DNA from: a virus
Taxonomy: Duplodnaviria; Caudoviricetes
IMG/VR virus record: IMGVR_UViG_3300031813_000669
Location: 1-64,000 of that record
DNA length: 64,000 nucleotides
Direction: 5' to 3' (one strand)
A model generated the notes under the pieces. The model made no database searches. It saw only the letters and a list, made by a program, of their open reading frames with translations, and had not been told where the DNA came from. Of the stretch, positions 46,309 through 56,223 are shown piece after piece. Both the position numbers and the translations under genes were made by a program. Numbering within the stretch: position 1 is the first letter of the stretch; each line of letters opens with the position of its first letter.

Positions 46309-47796
46309 ATGAATTTTTTACAGGGTTTATCTGATGTAAGTAATTTCTTATCTCAAGGAATAAACAACATCGGAATAGGAAATTTTGGTGGTGGTATTAA
46401 TGATGGTACCATATCAAGTTCTGAGCCTGCTGTTCCAGATTTGTCCTCACCTTTTGATTTTAACTTAAAAAGTGTTATCTTATCCGATTCTTCAGGATCA
46501 TCTAGTTTAGATTTAACTGCATATCTAGTTGAGTTGAATTATTATGAAGATATTTTTGGAGACTGTATTTCTGGAAAGGTAGTTCTTTCAGATTCGGTGG
46601 GTGTTATATTCCAGAGTAGAATGAATGGTACCGAAAAATTAACAATATCATTTACATCAGGTACAAATACAGGTAAACCTGATTTAATACAACATAGTTT
46701 TAGAGTATACTCAATTTCAGGTAGACATTTTGATATAGGTGGAAACTTTGAAAACTATACTATAAATTTCTGTTCAGAAGAAATGTTGTTATCCGAAAAA
46801 TACAGAATATCAAAATCATATAAACAAAAAACTATATCTGATATGATTAATGATATAATGAAAAACTATCTACTCACTAATAAAAAATTAAACATAGATA
46901 GTACAACAGGAATATATGATATAGTTGTACCAAATAAAAAATTGTTTGAAACAATTAATTGGTTAGCCTATTATGCACAATCTACATCGTATACTGGTGC
47001 AGATATGTTATTCTATGAGAGTAATAGTGGATATTATTTTAAATCATTACAATCATTGTATACACAATCTCCAAATTTTGCATATGCCTATAATCCTGCA
47101 AATATAGTTCCTACAAATTCCGATGCTTTTAATAACGAAGTATTGACTATAATGAAACTTGATATTTTAAATACTTTTGATACATTAAAAGCAACAACAA
47201 AAGGAACTTTTACAAATAGATTGATAACCATTGATCCCATTCTAAGGAAGAAATATATCAATGATTTTAATTACAATGATTATCAATCAAGTTCAAGAAA
47301 ATTAAATGAACATGATGTAACAAACAATTCCGATAACGGAAGTAGACCATCATATTATGACAGAATGGGTCAAAGTCTATACACCATAGGAAATAGCATT
47401 GTTGAGGCAGGTCCATTAAATCTAATGGTAACAAATTCAAATCAACAAGCCCAATCACCAACAATTAGTCAAAATGCAGGATCGGTAGTTAGTGATTTCT
47501 TTGTAGAAAGAACTGCAAAATACAGAAATGCTCAATTAGCATTATCCAATTATACAAGAATAAAAATTATGGTTCCTGGAAATTCAGCAATAACTGTCGG
47601 AACTGTTCTTGATATTGATGTATTTGGTGCTGACGTTGAATCTATGGAATCGACTGCACCAGGAAAGAGAAAAGAAGATTCATATTTATCTGGAAATTAT
47701 CTAGTTACAGCAGTTAGACATGTAATCAATTTGAATAGATATATAACAGTAGTAGAACTAGCGAAAGAAAGTAACAGAAATACAGGCAAAGGATAA
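46309..47796 (+). CDS. putative baseplate hub protein (gp27-like)
   Basis: LVELNYYEDIF...ISG.V.LSD, YT.NFCSEE, LFYE...GYYFKSL.SL, VPGNSAITVG.V, SGNYLVTAVRH; lies between gp53 and gp5. Confidence 0.55.
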   Translation: MNFLQGLSDVSNFLSQGINNIGIGNFGGGINDGTISSSEPAVPDLSSPFDFNLKSVILSDSSGSSSLDLTAYLVELNYYEDIFGDCISGKVVLSDSVGVIFQSRMNGTEKLTISFTSGTNTGKPDLIQHSFRVYSISGRHFDIGGNFENYTINFCSEEMLLSEKYRISKSYKQKTISDMINDIMKNYLLTNKKLNIDSTTGIYDIVVPNKKLFETINWLAYYAQSTSYTGADMLFYESNSGYYFKSLQSLYTQSPNFAYAYNPANIVPTNSDAFNNEVLTIMKLDILNTFDTLKATTKGTFTNRLITIDPILRKKYINDFNYNDYQSSSRKLNEHDVTNNSDNGSRPSYYDRMGQSLYTIGNSIVEAGPLNLMVTNSNQQAQSPTISQNAGSVVSDFFVERTAKYRNAQLALSNYTRIKIMVPGNSAITVGTVLDIDVFGADVESMESTAPGKRKEDSYLSGNYLVTAVRHVINLNRYITVVELAKESNRNTGKG

Positions 47797-48101
47797 TGTT
47801 TGATACCAGTAATTTTATTGGAAAAAACGGTTTTGTATGGTGGATAGGTGTAATAGAAGATCGTGTTGATCCTTTAGCCATGGGTAGATGTAAAGTGAGA
47901 ATTCATGGATGGCACTCAGATAATAAATCAATATTACCTACAGAAGAACTACCTTGGTCTTTACCTGTTTTTCCTGTAAATAATTCACAATCCTGGACAG
48001 CACCACTTGTTGATGATTGGATTCTGGGATTTTTCATGGATGGAGAAAACGGACAATTTCCTGTTATGTTCGGTGTTATACCTTATATTAAAGAGACATA
48101 A
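47796..48101 (+). CDS. gp5 N-terminal OB-fold domain as a separate ORF
   Basis: FVWWIGVIEDRVDPL.MGRCKVRIHGWH....LPW....W..GFFMDGEN.QFPVMFG; stop at 48099-48101. Confidence 0.85.
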   Translation: MFDTSNFIGKNGFVWWIGVIEDRVDPLAMGRCKVRIHGWHSDNKSILPTEELPWSLPVFPVNNSQSWTAPLVDDWILGFFMDGENGQFPVMFGVIPYIKET

Positions 48102-48102
48102 A

Positions 48103-48744
48103 ATGGCAACAGATAATCCAAATTTAGCACCAGTAAATCCAAATGGAAAAGAAACTGATCCACCCAAAAAACCTCAGGGTGTGAATAGTTCTACCTCATA
48201 TCAAAATTCAGGTTCATCCTTACCAAAACTATCACAAGGTGTTTTGAATGACACTATGACGGAAATTAATAACCTACTTCCTGTTGCTGGTTGTCCTATT
48301 AGATTACCAAACACTTTAAATAAAATTATGACCCAAATGGGGTTATATCCAGAAGTTGAAGCTAATAGGCTAGCAGAATGGGCTGAAAAATTAGGAGAAT
48401 TCTTAGCTCCAATTGTTGAGGCTATTGCTAATGCTGTTAAAGCTTTGAAACAAATAATGAATGAGATTATGTATTACATAAACCAAATGATGGAATTAAT
48501 AAAAGAAATTCAACAATTTATTAGTGATGTTATGTCATTTGTATCATTCGTTTTGTCTTTACCTGCTCGATTAATGCAATTAGTTATGAATTGTTTAAGT
48601 TCGTTGATATCAGGAGCTTCAAATTATGTTAGCGAAGCATTCACCAGTTTCCAAACCGCAATATCTAACGGAGTTAGTACTGAAGTTCCTCTAAACGAAA
48701 CAACAGGAACATATACTACTAAACCACCAAAAGCTAATACATAA
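48103..48744 (+). CDS. hypothetical baseplate-region protein with long amphipathic helix
   Basis: ATG 48103 (MATDNPNLAP...), between the gp5 N- and C-terminal ORFs. Confidence 0.6.
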   Translation: MATDNPNLAPVNPNGKETDPPKKPQGVNSSTSYQNSGSSLPKLSQGVLNDTMTEINNLLPVAGCPIRLPNTLNKIMTQMGLYPEVEANRLAEWAEKLGEFLAPIVEAIANAVKALKQIMNEIMYYINQMMELIKEIQQFISDVMSFVSFVLSLPARLMQLVMNCLSSLISGASNYVSEAFTSFQTAISNGVSTEVPLNETTGTYTTKPPKANT

Positions 48745-48751
48745 ATTGATT

Positions 48752-49069
48752 ATGGACGCAAATACACATATTAATAAATTATATCAAAGTATAAGTTCTT
48801 TGCAGGAACATATTGGTAATTTACAAAACCAAGTTAATACACTAAATGATGTACATCAATCATTCAATGATAATCTTAGTGAAGGAACTATACATCCTGA
48901 TACATTAGATAAAATACAAAGTATACAAAATCATGTTATTGATCGATCTAATCACCTAGAGAATTTAATATCCAATGTTTTACATCCAGACGTTATTGAA
49001 AATAAAATCAAAATGATAAAATTGATACACGATAATAAAAATTATATTGATGTGAATCCAGGAGATTAA
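48752..49069 (+). CDS. hypothetical coiled-coil protein
   Basis: ~105 aa ORF abutting both neighbours. Confidence 0.55.
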   Translation: MDANTHINKLYQSISSLQEHIGNLQNQVNTLNDVHQSFNDNLSEGTIHPDTLDKIQSIQNHVIDRSNHLENLISNVLHPDVIENKIKMIKLIHDNKNYIDVNPGD

Positions 49070-49070
49070 T

Positions 49071-50006
49071 ATGGCAACAGATGCATGGTTTAGACCGGAT
49101 AATAGTACTGAAGAAGAAAAACCATTATACCCTTATAATTCTGTAAGAAGTACAGAATGTGGTCACTACGAGGAATATGATAGCACCCCCGGAAATGAAA
49201 GAATAAGAGTTCAACACAAATCTGGAACATATAAAGAATATCAAGCGACAGGAAATTGTGTTCACCATATCACAGGAAATGGTTACCATATTGTATTACA
49301 AGATGATAATGTAAAAATAGAAGGTTCTTGTCATGTAACAATAATGAAGGATGCAGAGATTCATGTAGCTGGAGATATGCATTTAATTGTGGATGGAGAC
49401 TTCACACAGACTGTTAAAGGTAATTACAATCTTGCGGTTGAAGGAGATCACACATCCGATGTGTCTGGAACTCACCAGGTGACTGCCTCAGACGTACAAC
49501 ACGCTTCATCAGGCACATTGACACACAGCGGAGATTTGAACATCCGAGGTGATATCATATGTCAACAATCAGTCTCGGCTTTAGGAAATTTAACAGCGGG
49601 TGGTCACTTGAGTATTCAAGGATCAATCATGGCGGAAGGCATGATTCCTCAAACAGGAGGAGAACCTCTACCACACATAATAACCGGAATAGTTCCTGGA
49701 ATTGGCCTAACAATTAATACTGTTGGTGCTATTCAAGCAGCCACAACAATGGGAATTTTACTACAAGCAGGCATTGGTATATCAGCTACTGCTGGTGCAG
49801 GAATTACTGCTACCGCTGGTGGTGCTGTATCACTAACAGCTGGTGCGGCTGCGTCATTGACTGCCGGAACATCAGCATCAATAACAGCTGGGGCAGATGC
49901 CTCTATGACTGCTGGTGGTGCAGTAACAGTAAAAGCGGCTGGAGCTGCAACATTACAGGCAGCAGGTATAACAAGTATCAAGGGATCTTTGATAAATCTG
50001 AACTAA
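49071..50006 (+). CDS. gp5 C-terminal central spike (triple beta-helix)
   Basis: YPYNSV..TECGH..EYD.TPGNERI...H.SGTY.E, V.G-type repeats, Ala/Gly-rich 8-mer repeats, ending in INLN. Confidence 0.85.
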   Translation: MATDAWFRPDNSTEEEKPLYPYNSVRSTECGHYEEYDSTPGNERIRVQHKSGTYKEYQATGNCVHHITGNGYHIVLQDDNVKIEGSCHVTIMKDAEIHVAGDMHLIVDGDFTQTVKGNYNLAVEGDHTSDVSGTHQVTASDVQHASSGTLTHSGDLNIRGDIICQQSVSALGNLTAGGHLSIQGSIMAEGMIPQTGGEPLPHIITGIVPGIGLTINTVGAIQAATTMGILLQAGIGISATAGAGITATAGGAVSLTAGAAASLTAGTSASITAGADASMTAGGAVTVKAAGAATLQAAGITSIKGSLINLN

Positions 50007-50015
50007 GGAGAATTT

Positions 50016-50399
50016 ATGGCAGGCCTAGGATTAGCTTTACAAAACAGCGTAGTATCCTGTACAGATGGAATAATAGGAATACCCTGTAAATTTACTCCAA
50101 CAGGAACTCCAATTTCTTGGTTTTGGAATACACCACTTATTAGTTCAGCCTCAGCATGTAGCACAACAGTAAAAGTAAATGGACTAGGAATAGTTAGAGC
50201 TGGAGATGTTATGATGATGCACCCAGATGGATCAATATGTACACCCGTTCCAATTAATCATGCTCCACCTTTGGTAGCTACTTCTGCAACCGTTTTTGTT
50301 GAAGGTAAACCTGTGGGTAGAATAGGTGATCTTTTTAATGATGGAAATGGATATACACACACAATAACAACCGGTTCATTAAATGTCTTATCAGGATAG
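50016..50399 (+). CDS. PAAR-type spike tip protein (gp5.4-like)
   Basis: S.TVKVNG.GIVRAGD...HP...H...VATSATVFVEGKPVGRIGD; directly after the gp5 C-terminal ORF. Confidence 0.85.
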   Translation: MAGLGLALQNSVVSCTDGIIGIPCKFTPTGTPISWFWNTPLISSASACSTTVKVNGLGIVRAGDVMMMHPDGSICTPVPINHAPPLVATSATVFVEGKPVGRIGDLFNDGNGYTHTITTGSLNVLSG

Positions 50400-50400
50400 A

Positions 50401-50408
50401 TATAAATA
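50401..50408 (+). promoter_or_regulatory. T4-type late promoter TATAAATA
   Basis: Exact consensus immediately upstream of gp25. Confidence 0.65.
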
Positions 50409-50412
50409 AACG

Positions 50413-50805
50413 ATGGCAACAAAACAATACATATACTCAGACATAGATTTGAGATTTAATCCCCAACCAGCAATTGGAGATGTATCTATCAGTTATGACG
50501 AGCAAGCTGTTATTAGGGCTGTTCGTGGACTATTGTTGACAAAACCTTATGAAAGGTTATTTAATCCTACCATGGGTTCACAGGTTGATAATTTATTATT
50601 TGAGCCTATTACTCCTATTACTGCAAATTTATTAAGACAAGAGATCATTAATACCATAACAAATTGGGAACCAAGAGTTACAATAGCCACAATAGATGTT
50701 GTACCTTATCCAGATCAAAATGGTTTTAGTGTATCATTATTTCTTTATATTGGAAATAAAACAGAACCTACTGGAATAAATTTAATATTAAAAAGATCAA
50801 GATAA
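50413..50805 (+). CDS. gp25: baseplate wedge subunit gp25
   Basis: YSDIDLRF, AVIRAVRGLLLT.PYERLFNP.MGS....LLFEP, WEPRV. Confidence 0.93.
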   Translation: MATKQYIYSDIDLRFNPQPAIGDVSISYDEQAVIRAVRGLLLTKPYERLFNPTMGSQVDNLLFEPITPITANLLRQEIINTITNWEPRVTIATIDVVPYPDQNGFSVSLFLYIGNKTEPTGINLILKRSR

Positions 50806-50858
50806 TTTGTACTCACTTTAAGCACAAATAAATAAGAATAAAAATAAAGGTTTTTTAA

Positions 50859-52934
50859 ATGGCTGCAAATACCTCAACATCTCTAGTCGGATTAGATTTT
50901 GATTCAATCAAAAATAATCTACTCAACTATCTACAGAGCCAAGATACCTTTAAGGATTACAATTTTCAAGGATCAGGTCTATCTGTACTTCTTGATGTAT
51001 TAGCATACAATACTCAATATAATGCATTCTATCTGAACATGGTTGCAAACGAAATGTTCCTGGATACTGCATTACAAAGATCGTCAGTTGTATCTCACGC
51101 TAAATTACTGAATTACACACCAAAGTCTGCAATAGCTCCTACTGCATTTGTTGACATAACAGTTAATAATGTTGGTACAACAAGTTTAACACTTCCATCT
51201 TTTACCAATTTCTTATCTGAATCGGTAAATGGAGTTAATTATAATTTTGTTACAACTAAATCAACAACAGTTAGTGCAAATAATAATACTGTTAATTTCT
51301 ATGGTGTTGAGTTAAAACAAGGAATACCAGTAAAATATACATTTACTGTAAACTCAACAACAAATCCAACATATACATTCCAATTACCGGATTCTGATAT
51401 TGATACTAGTACAATATCCGTTTCTGTTCAGAATTCATCTTCGAATAATTATACTCAAACATTTGTTGAATCCACTAACTATCTCACACTAACACCAGAT
51501 AGTAGAGTTTATTTCTTACAAGAATCTTTAAATGGTAATTATGAAATTTCTTTTGGTGATAATATTCTCGGAAGAAAATTAGATGATAATAATGTGGTTA
51601 TTGTAAATTATTTGATAACACAAGGAACTTCAAGTGCGGGTGCAAATAATTTTGTACTCATGGATTCTATACCTAATTTTGGTACCACCTCAGTTAAAGG
51701 AAACACTCCTGCTTCACAAGGGTCGGAAAAGGAATCTATTGATTCAATAAAATATCAGGCACCAAAATCATACTCTGCACAAAGAAGAGCTGTAACAAAT
51801 GAAGATTATATTACAGCAATACAACAAAATAACATAGGATTTAACTTTGATGCAGTAAATGTTTGGGGTGGCCAAGATAATGATCCTCCCGTTTATGGTC
51901 AGATATTTGTTTGTTTGAAACCAAAAGGATCTTACACATTCACTTCAACACAGAAACAAAGAATTATTTCTGATATACTTAAACCAATTTCTATAGTAAC
52001 TGTGGAACCAACTATTGTTGATCCAGATTACACATATATTGTTGTTAATTCTAATGTTGTTTATGATCCAAAGAAAACAACTTTATTACAATCTGATATA
52101 CAAAATTTAGTACAGACAACAATTTTAAACTTTGCAGCCAATAATTTGAGTACTTTTAATTCAACCTTTTCCGCAAGTGAATTGATGAGAGAAATTCAAA
52201 TTGCTGATATATCAATTGTCGCAAATGAGATATCAATAAAGTTGCAGAAAAAATTATATCCTATTTTTGGATCTTCTATATCATACAATTTGAATTTTAC
52301 TGTGCCTTTACAAAAAGGAATATTAACTAGTGGTATATCAAGTACACCGTCATTAACATTTAATAACCCATATAATCTTGCTAACACAATTAATGATGTA
52401 TATATTGAAGAAATTCCTACATTTACTGCTGGAATTGACACAATTAATATCATTAATTCTGGGTATAATTATACAGTCACACCTACAATAACAATTACTG
52501 GTGATGGTAGTGGTGCAACTGCAAATGCAACAATAGATTCTCTAGGAAGAATTAACTCAATACTCGTAACAAATTCTGGAAATAATTATACTAGTGCCGT
52601 TGTTACCATTACAAATGGACCTGGTGATAATAGAGGAACAGGTGGACAAGCTGTTGCTGTATTGAAAGGTAGATATGGTCAATTAAGAAGTTATTACTAC
52701 AATAGTAACAATGTTAAAACCATATTGAATCCAAATATTGGTATAGTAGATTACACAAAAGGAATTATAACACTAAATTCTTTCAATCCTATTGATAGTT
52801 CAGATCCATTGGGTTCATTATCAATAATAACAAATCCAGTATCTTCAATCATATCTTCAACTTTTGATAAAATAATAACAATAGATCCTTTCGATCCTAA
52901 TGCTATTACTGTTAATGTAACTGCCAAAACATAA
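50859..52934 (+). CDS. gp6: baseplate wedge subunit gp6
   Basis: LDFDSIK.NL..YL.SQ.TF.DYNF.GSGLSVLLDVLAYNT.YNAFY.NM..NEMFLD.A..RSSVVSHAK.L.Y.P.S; ESIDSIKY.AP..Y..Q.RAVT..DY. Confidence 0.95.
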   Translation: MAANTSTSLVGLDFDSIKNNLLNYLQSQDTFKDYNFQGSGLSVLLDVLAYNTQYNAFYLNMVANEMFLDTALQRSSVVSHAKLLNYTPKSAIAPTAFVDITVNNVGTTSLTLPSFTNFLSESVNGVNYNFVTTKSTTVSANNNTVNFYGVELKQGIPVKYTFTVNSTTNPTYTFQLPDSDIDTSTISVSVQNSSSNNYTQTFVESTNYLTLTPDSRVYFLQESLNGNYEISFGDNILGRKLDDNNVVIVNYLITQGTSSAGANNFVLMDSIPNFGTTSVKGNTPASQGSEKESIDSIKYQAPKSYSAQRRAVTNEDYITAIQQNNIGFNFDAVNVWGGQDNDPPVYGQIFVCLKPKGSYTFTSTQKQRIISDILKPISIVTVEPTIVDPDYTYIVVNSNVVYDPKKTTLLQSDIQNLVQTTILNFAANNLSTFNSTFSASELMREIQIADISIVANEISIKLQKKLYPIFGSSISYNLNFTVPLQKGILTSGISSTPSLTFNNPYNLANTINDVYIEEIPTFTAGIDTINIINSGYNYTVTPTITITGDGSGATANATIDSLGRINSILVTNSGNNYTSAVVTITNGPGDNRGTGGQAVAVLKGRYGQLRSYYYNSNNVKTILNPNIGIVDYTKGIITLNSFNPIDSSDPLGSLSIITNPVSSIISSTFDKIITIDPFDPNAITVNVTAKT

Positions 52935-52937
52935 TAA

Positions 52938-55900
52938 ATGATAGACAGTATACAAAAAACTTCCATATTAGTTCCATCACAATTACCTGAATGGATTCGT
53001 GATGATGAGAACTATAAACATTTCGTTTATTTCCTTCAAGCTTACTATCAATGGTTGGAGCAGGAAGGTAATGTATTGGATTATTCTAAAAATATTCCAA
53101 ATTATCAAGATATTGATAAAACTACTGATCAATTCATGCAGTATTTTATCAATGATTTCTTACCTTACTTCCCTGAAGATGCTTTAATCAGTAAAACAAA
53201 AGCATTAAAATTTGCAAAAGAATTATATCAAACAAAAGGAACTCCTGCTTCTTATCAATTTCTATTCAGAGTATTGTATAACTCTGATTGTGATATAGTT
53301 TACACCAAAGACTTTGTATTCAAAGCATCATCGGGTAATTGGTATGTTCCAAGAAGTCTAAAACTAGCAACAGATGACCCTAACTTCTTATCTATAGCTA
53401 ATTATAGAATATTTGGTGAAACATCAAAATCATTAGCGGTTATTGAATCTGCTTTACAAAATGGTTTAAAAACCGAAATATTTATTTCGGATGTACAGAG
53501 ATTATTTCTATCAGGTGAATATGTAAAAATTCTTGATTATAATTATCAAGATGTTTATTTTTTAAATGGAAATAGAGTAGATAAAGGAACTCCCGGATCA
53601 GAACTACTTAGAGCTAAATTAGTAGGTCAGATAAGCCAAATTAATATTGATCCTTCAAATAGAGGATCTTACTACCAACAATATTATCCTGTTGTTGTGT
53701 ACGGTGGTTTAAATGCCGAAATATTAAATCCGGTAGGAGCTAAAGCTGAAGTTGGTGATGTTACGACCGGTATATTACAAAGTATACAAGTAGTTGATGG
53801 TGGATGGGGTTACAGAACTGATCCAAATACACAAATTGTATTTCCAGACTTATCTCAAAATGCTCCTATTGCTGCGGTTTCAATAACATTATCATCTTTG
53901 TTGCCTTATGCTAATATCAGCAATCCTGGATTTGGTTATCAAAATAATGATCCAATTTATGTAAATTATCAGAGTGTTAATTATCATGTAGCTGATGTTA
54001 AATTAGTTAATAACTTAGGACAAATACTACAAGTAAATTATGTTTCAGGTACGGATGAAAATACAATTTTAGGATTGTCAGCGAATGTAGTTTCTTCTAA
54101 TGCTAATGCACATGGAGCTGTAATAACATTTCCTTCTAATACCAGAAGTTCTGCAGCAAATTTAACCTATGCACCTATTAACACTTTACAGTTAGCTCAA
54201 AATATTACGATAGGGTCTGGTAGTTATACATTTACAAAATCATCCGCTAATGCAAATACCAAATTATCAAATGGTTTAGATTTTGTAACATTTCAAACTT
54301 ATTCTATAGGTCAAGTTGCAGTAGAAAATGGTGGTGGTGGTTTAACAACCTCTCCTAAAATCCAAGCTTTAGCTGTATATGATACAGATATTGCAACATC
54401 AACATCTGACATATCGGATACTGCTCATATTTACAAACTGGGTATACTTTCTCCTATCCAAGTTTTAGGTGGAGGTAATGGATACCGAGTAAATGACGCA
54501 ATTGTTTTTAGCGGAGGATCTGGTTATGGTGCATACGCTAATGTTACTAATGTAACACCATCAGGTGCAATAACCGAAGTAACATACTATCAAGGAAATT
54601 TGACATATCCTCTCGGAGGAATGGGATATAAATCCGATTCTTTACCTACATTGAGTGTAAAATCAGCCAATTCTTCAGCATCAGGAGCTTCTCTTGTTGT
54701 TACTGGTATACTTGGTGCTGGTGCAGTATTATCTGGAGTAACCAGTCAAGCAGGACAAATTACCACAATTAATGTTATTGACAACGGACAGGACTATACT
54801 TCTGCACCAAATTTATCATTAAAAATTCAAGATTTTATTGTACATAACTTATCTCCTTCCAATTTCCCAAAAAAAGGAGATGTTGTATATCAAGGTTCGA
54901 GTTTAAACAATTCAACATGGAACGCATATGTTGAATCTGTAACTTTCTTAACAACTATACAAAATGTATCATACTATAATTTAAGAGTATATAACTATAA
55001 CACTTATCCTGATCCCAACAAAACAATTTATAATGTAAATAATAATCCAGTTAATGCTACCATAACTAATAATAAAATTATTTCAGATACTATAAATGGT
55101 CTTGGATTAAAAATAGGCAATCTAACTTTGTCATATTCTTATGATACAAATATAGGAATATATGGATTTAATAGTTACGGTGATGGTAAAGCAAAAGCGG
55201 TTGCACAATTCCTAAACGGACTGGTAATAGGTCAAGGACAGTATCTAGACACAAGTGGACAACCAAGTTCTTATAGTGTACTTCAAAATGAAGATTATAA
55301 TAATTTCACCTACAAATTAACTGTAGAAAAAGAAATATCAAAATATAAGAATATATTGTTGAATCTGTTACATCCAGCTGGATTGAAGGTTCTAGGAAGA
55401 TTCTCTGCAAAATCTCAATCTGATTTTATAGTTCGTTCAGAAGATGAATTATTAACTGGAAGACCATTGTATAGTGCTAATGCTTCTGGTATAGTAGGAA
55501 GTTATGTGACAATGGTAACTGATTTTGTTAATAAAAGTAACAATATCATTACTTTCAATAACATAGATGGTGCAAACCTAAACAATTTCATATACACCAA
55601 TAGTATAATACAATTAACACCAACAAATGGACCAAATGTACGATCTTCTGTTCTTTCGGTTAATGCTACAAGTAACCAAGTAACATTATCAACAAATACT
55701 TGGTTGACTTTCTCTAATATAGCTTACACACACATCACCGCTGGATCCAATGTTATAAATATTGATGTATTAACAGGTGCTTATAACATAATCAATGATG
55801 GTGTTTATAGTGATCCTAATTATCCTTTAAAAGATATAGCTTATGTTGGGGATAATTTAAAAATTAGTAACTATCCTGATTCTAATGATTTTTCAACTGA

Positions 55901-56219
55901 AGATGGATTATATTCAATATTACTGGAAAATGGAACAGACACTTTAATATCTGAAGTATCACATGCAAATGCAGTATTTACTATAACTCAAATAAATTAT
56001 GCAGCGAATACCATATCAGTTATTGCTCCAGCTGGCGGAATACTAAGTTATTCTAATACTTTTGTTTCAGTAAACAGAACATTTGTAGCATACAGCACAC
56101 TTACATCAGATCAAGTTAGAATATATGGACAAGTTGGATATGCTTATTATCCAGAAATATCGAATGAATTAGGACAAACAATAACGACCGAAGACGGAAG
56201 ATTAATATTACTAGGATAA
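52938..56219 (+). CDS. gp7: baseplate wedge initiator gp7-like
   Basis: SQLPEWIR.D...FV.FL.AYY.WLE, K..LKF.KELY..KGT.ASY.FLFR.LY, LQN.DY..F.Y, LLHPAG.K..G; position between gp6 and gp8. Confidence 0.75.
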   Translation: MIDSIQKTSILVPSQLPEWIRDDENYKHFVYFLQAYYQWLEQEGNVLDYSKNIPNYQDIDKTTDQFMQYFINDFLPYFPEDALISKTKALKFAKELYQTKGTPASYQFLFRVLYNSDCDIVYTKDFVFKASSGNWYVPRSLKLATDDPNFLSIANYRIFGETSKSLAVIESALQNGLKTEIFISDVQRLFLSGEYVKILDYNYQDVYFLNGNRVDKGTPGSELLRAKLVGQISQINIDPSNRGSYYQQYYPVVVYGGLNAEILNPVGAKAEVGDVTTGILQSIQVVDGGWGYRTDPNTQIVFPDLSQNAPIAAVSITLSSLLPYANISNPGFGYQNNDPIYVNYQSVNYHVADVKLVNNLGQILQVNYVSGTDENTILGLSANVVSSNANAHGAVITFPSNTRSSAANLTYAPINTLQLAQNITIGSGSYTFTKSSANANTKLSNGLDFVTFQTYSIGQVAVENGGGGLTTSPKIQALAVYDTDIATSTSDISDTAHIYKLGILSPIQVLGGGNGYRVNDAIVFSGGSGYGAYANVTNVTPSGAITEVTYYQGNLTYPLGGMGYKSDSLPTLSVKSANSSASGASLVVTGILGAGAVLSGVTSQAGQITTINVIDNGQDYTSAPNLSLKIQDFIVHNLSPSNFPKKGDVVYQGSSLNNSTWNAYVESVTFLTTIQNVSYYNLRVYNYNTYPDPNKTIYNVNNNPVNATITNNKIISDTINGLGLKIGNLTLSYSYDTNIGIYGFNSYGDGKAKAVAQFLNGLVIGQGQYLDTSGQPSSYSVLQNEDYNNFTYKLTVEKEISKYKNILLNLLHPAGLKVLGRFSAKSQSDFIVRSEDELLTGRPLYSANASGIVGSYVTMVTDFVNKSNNIITFNNIDGANLNNFIYTNSIIQLTPTNGPNVRSSVLSVNATSNQVTLSTNTWLTFSNIAYTHITAGSNVINIDVLTGAYNIINDGVYSDPNYPLKDIAYVGDNLKISNYPDSNDFSTEDGLYSILLENGTDTLISEVSHANAVFTITQINYAANTISVIAPAGGILSYSNTFVSVNRTFVAYSTLTSDQVRIYGQVGYAYYPEISNELGQTITTEDGRLILLG

Positions 56220-56223
56220 AAAA

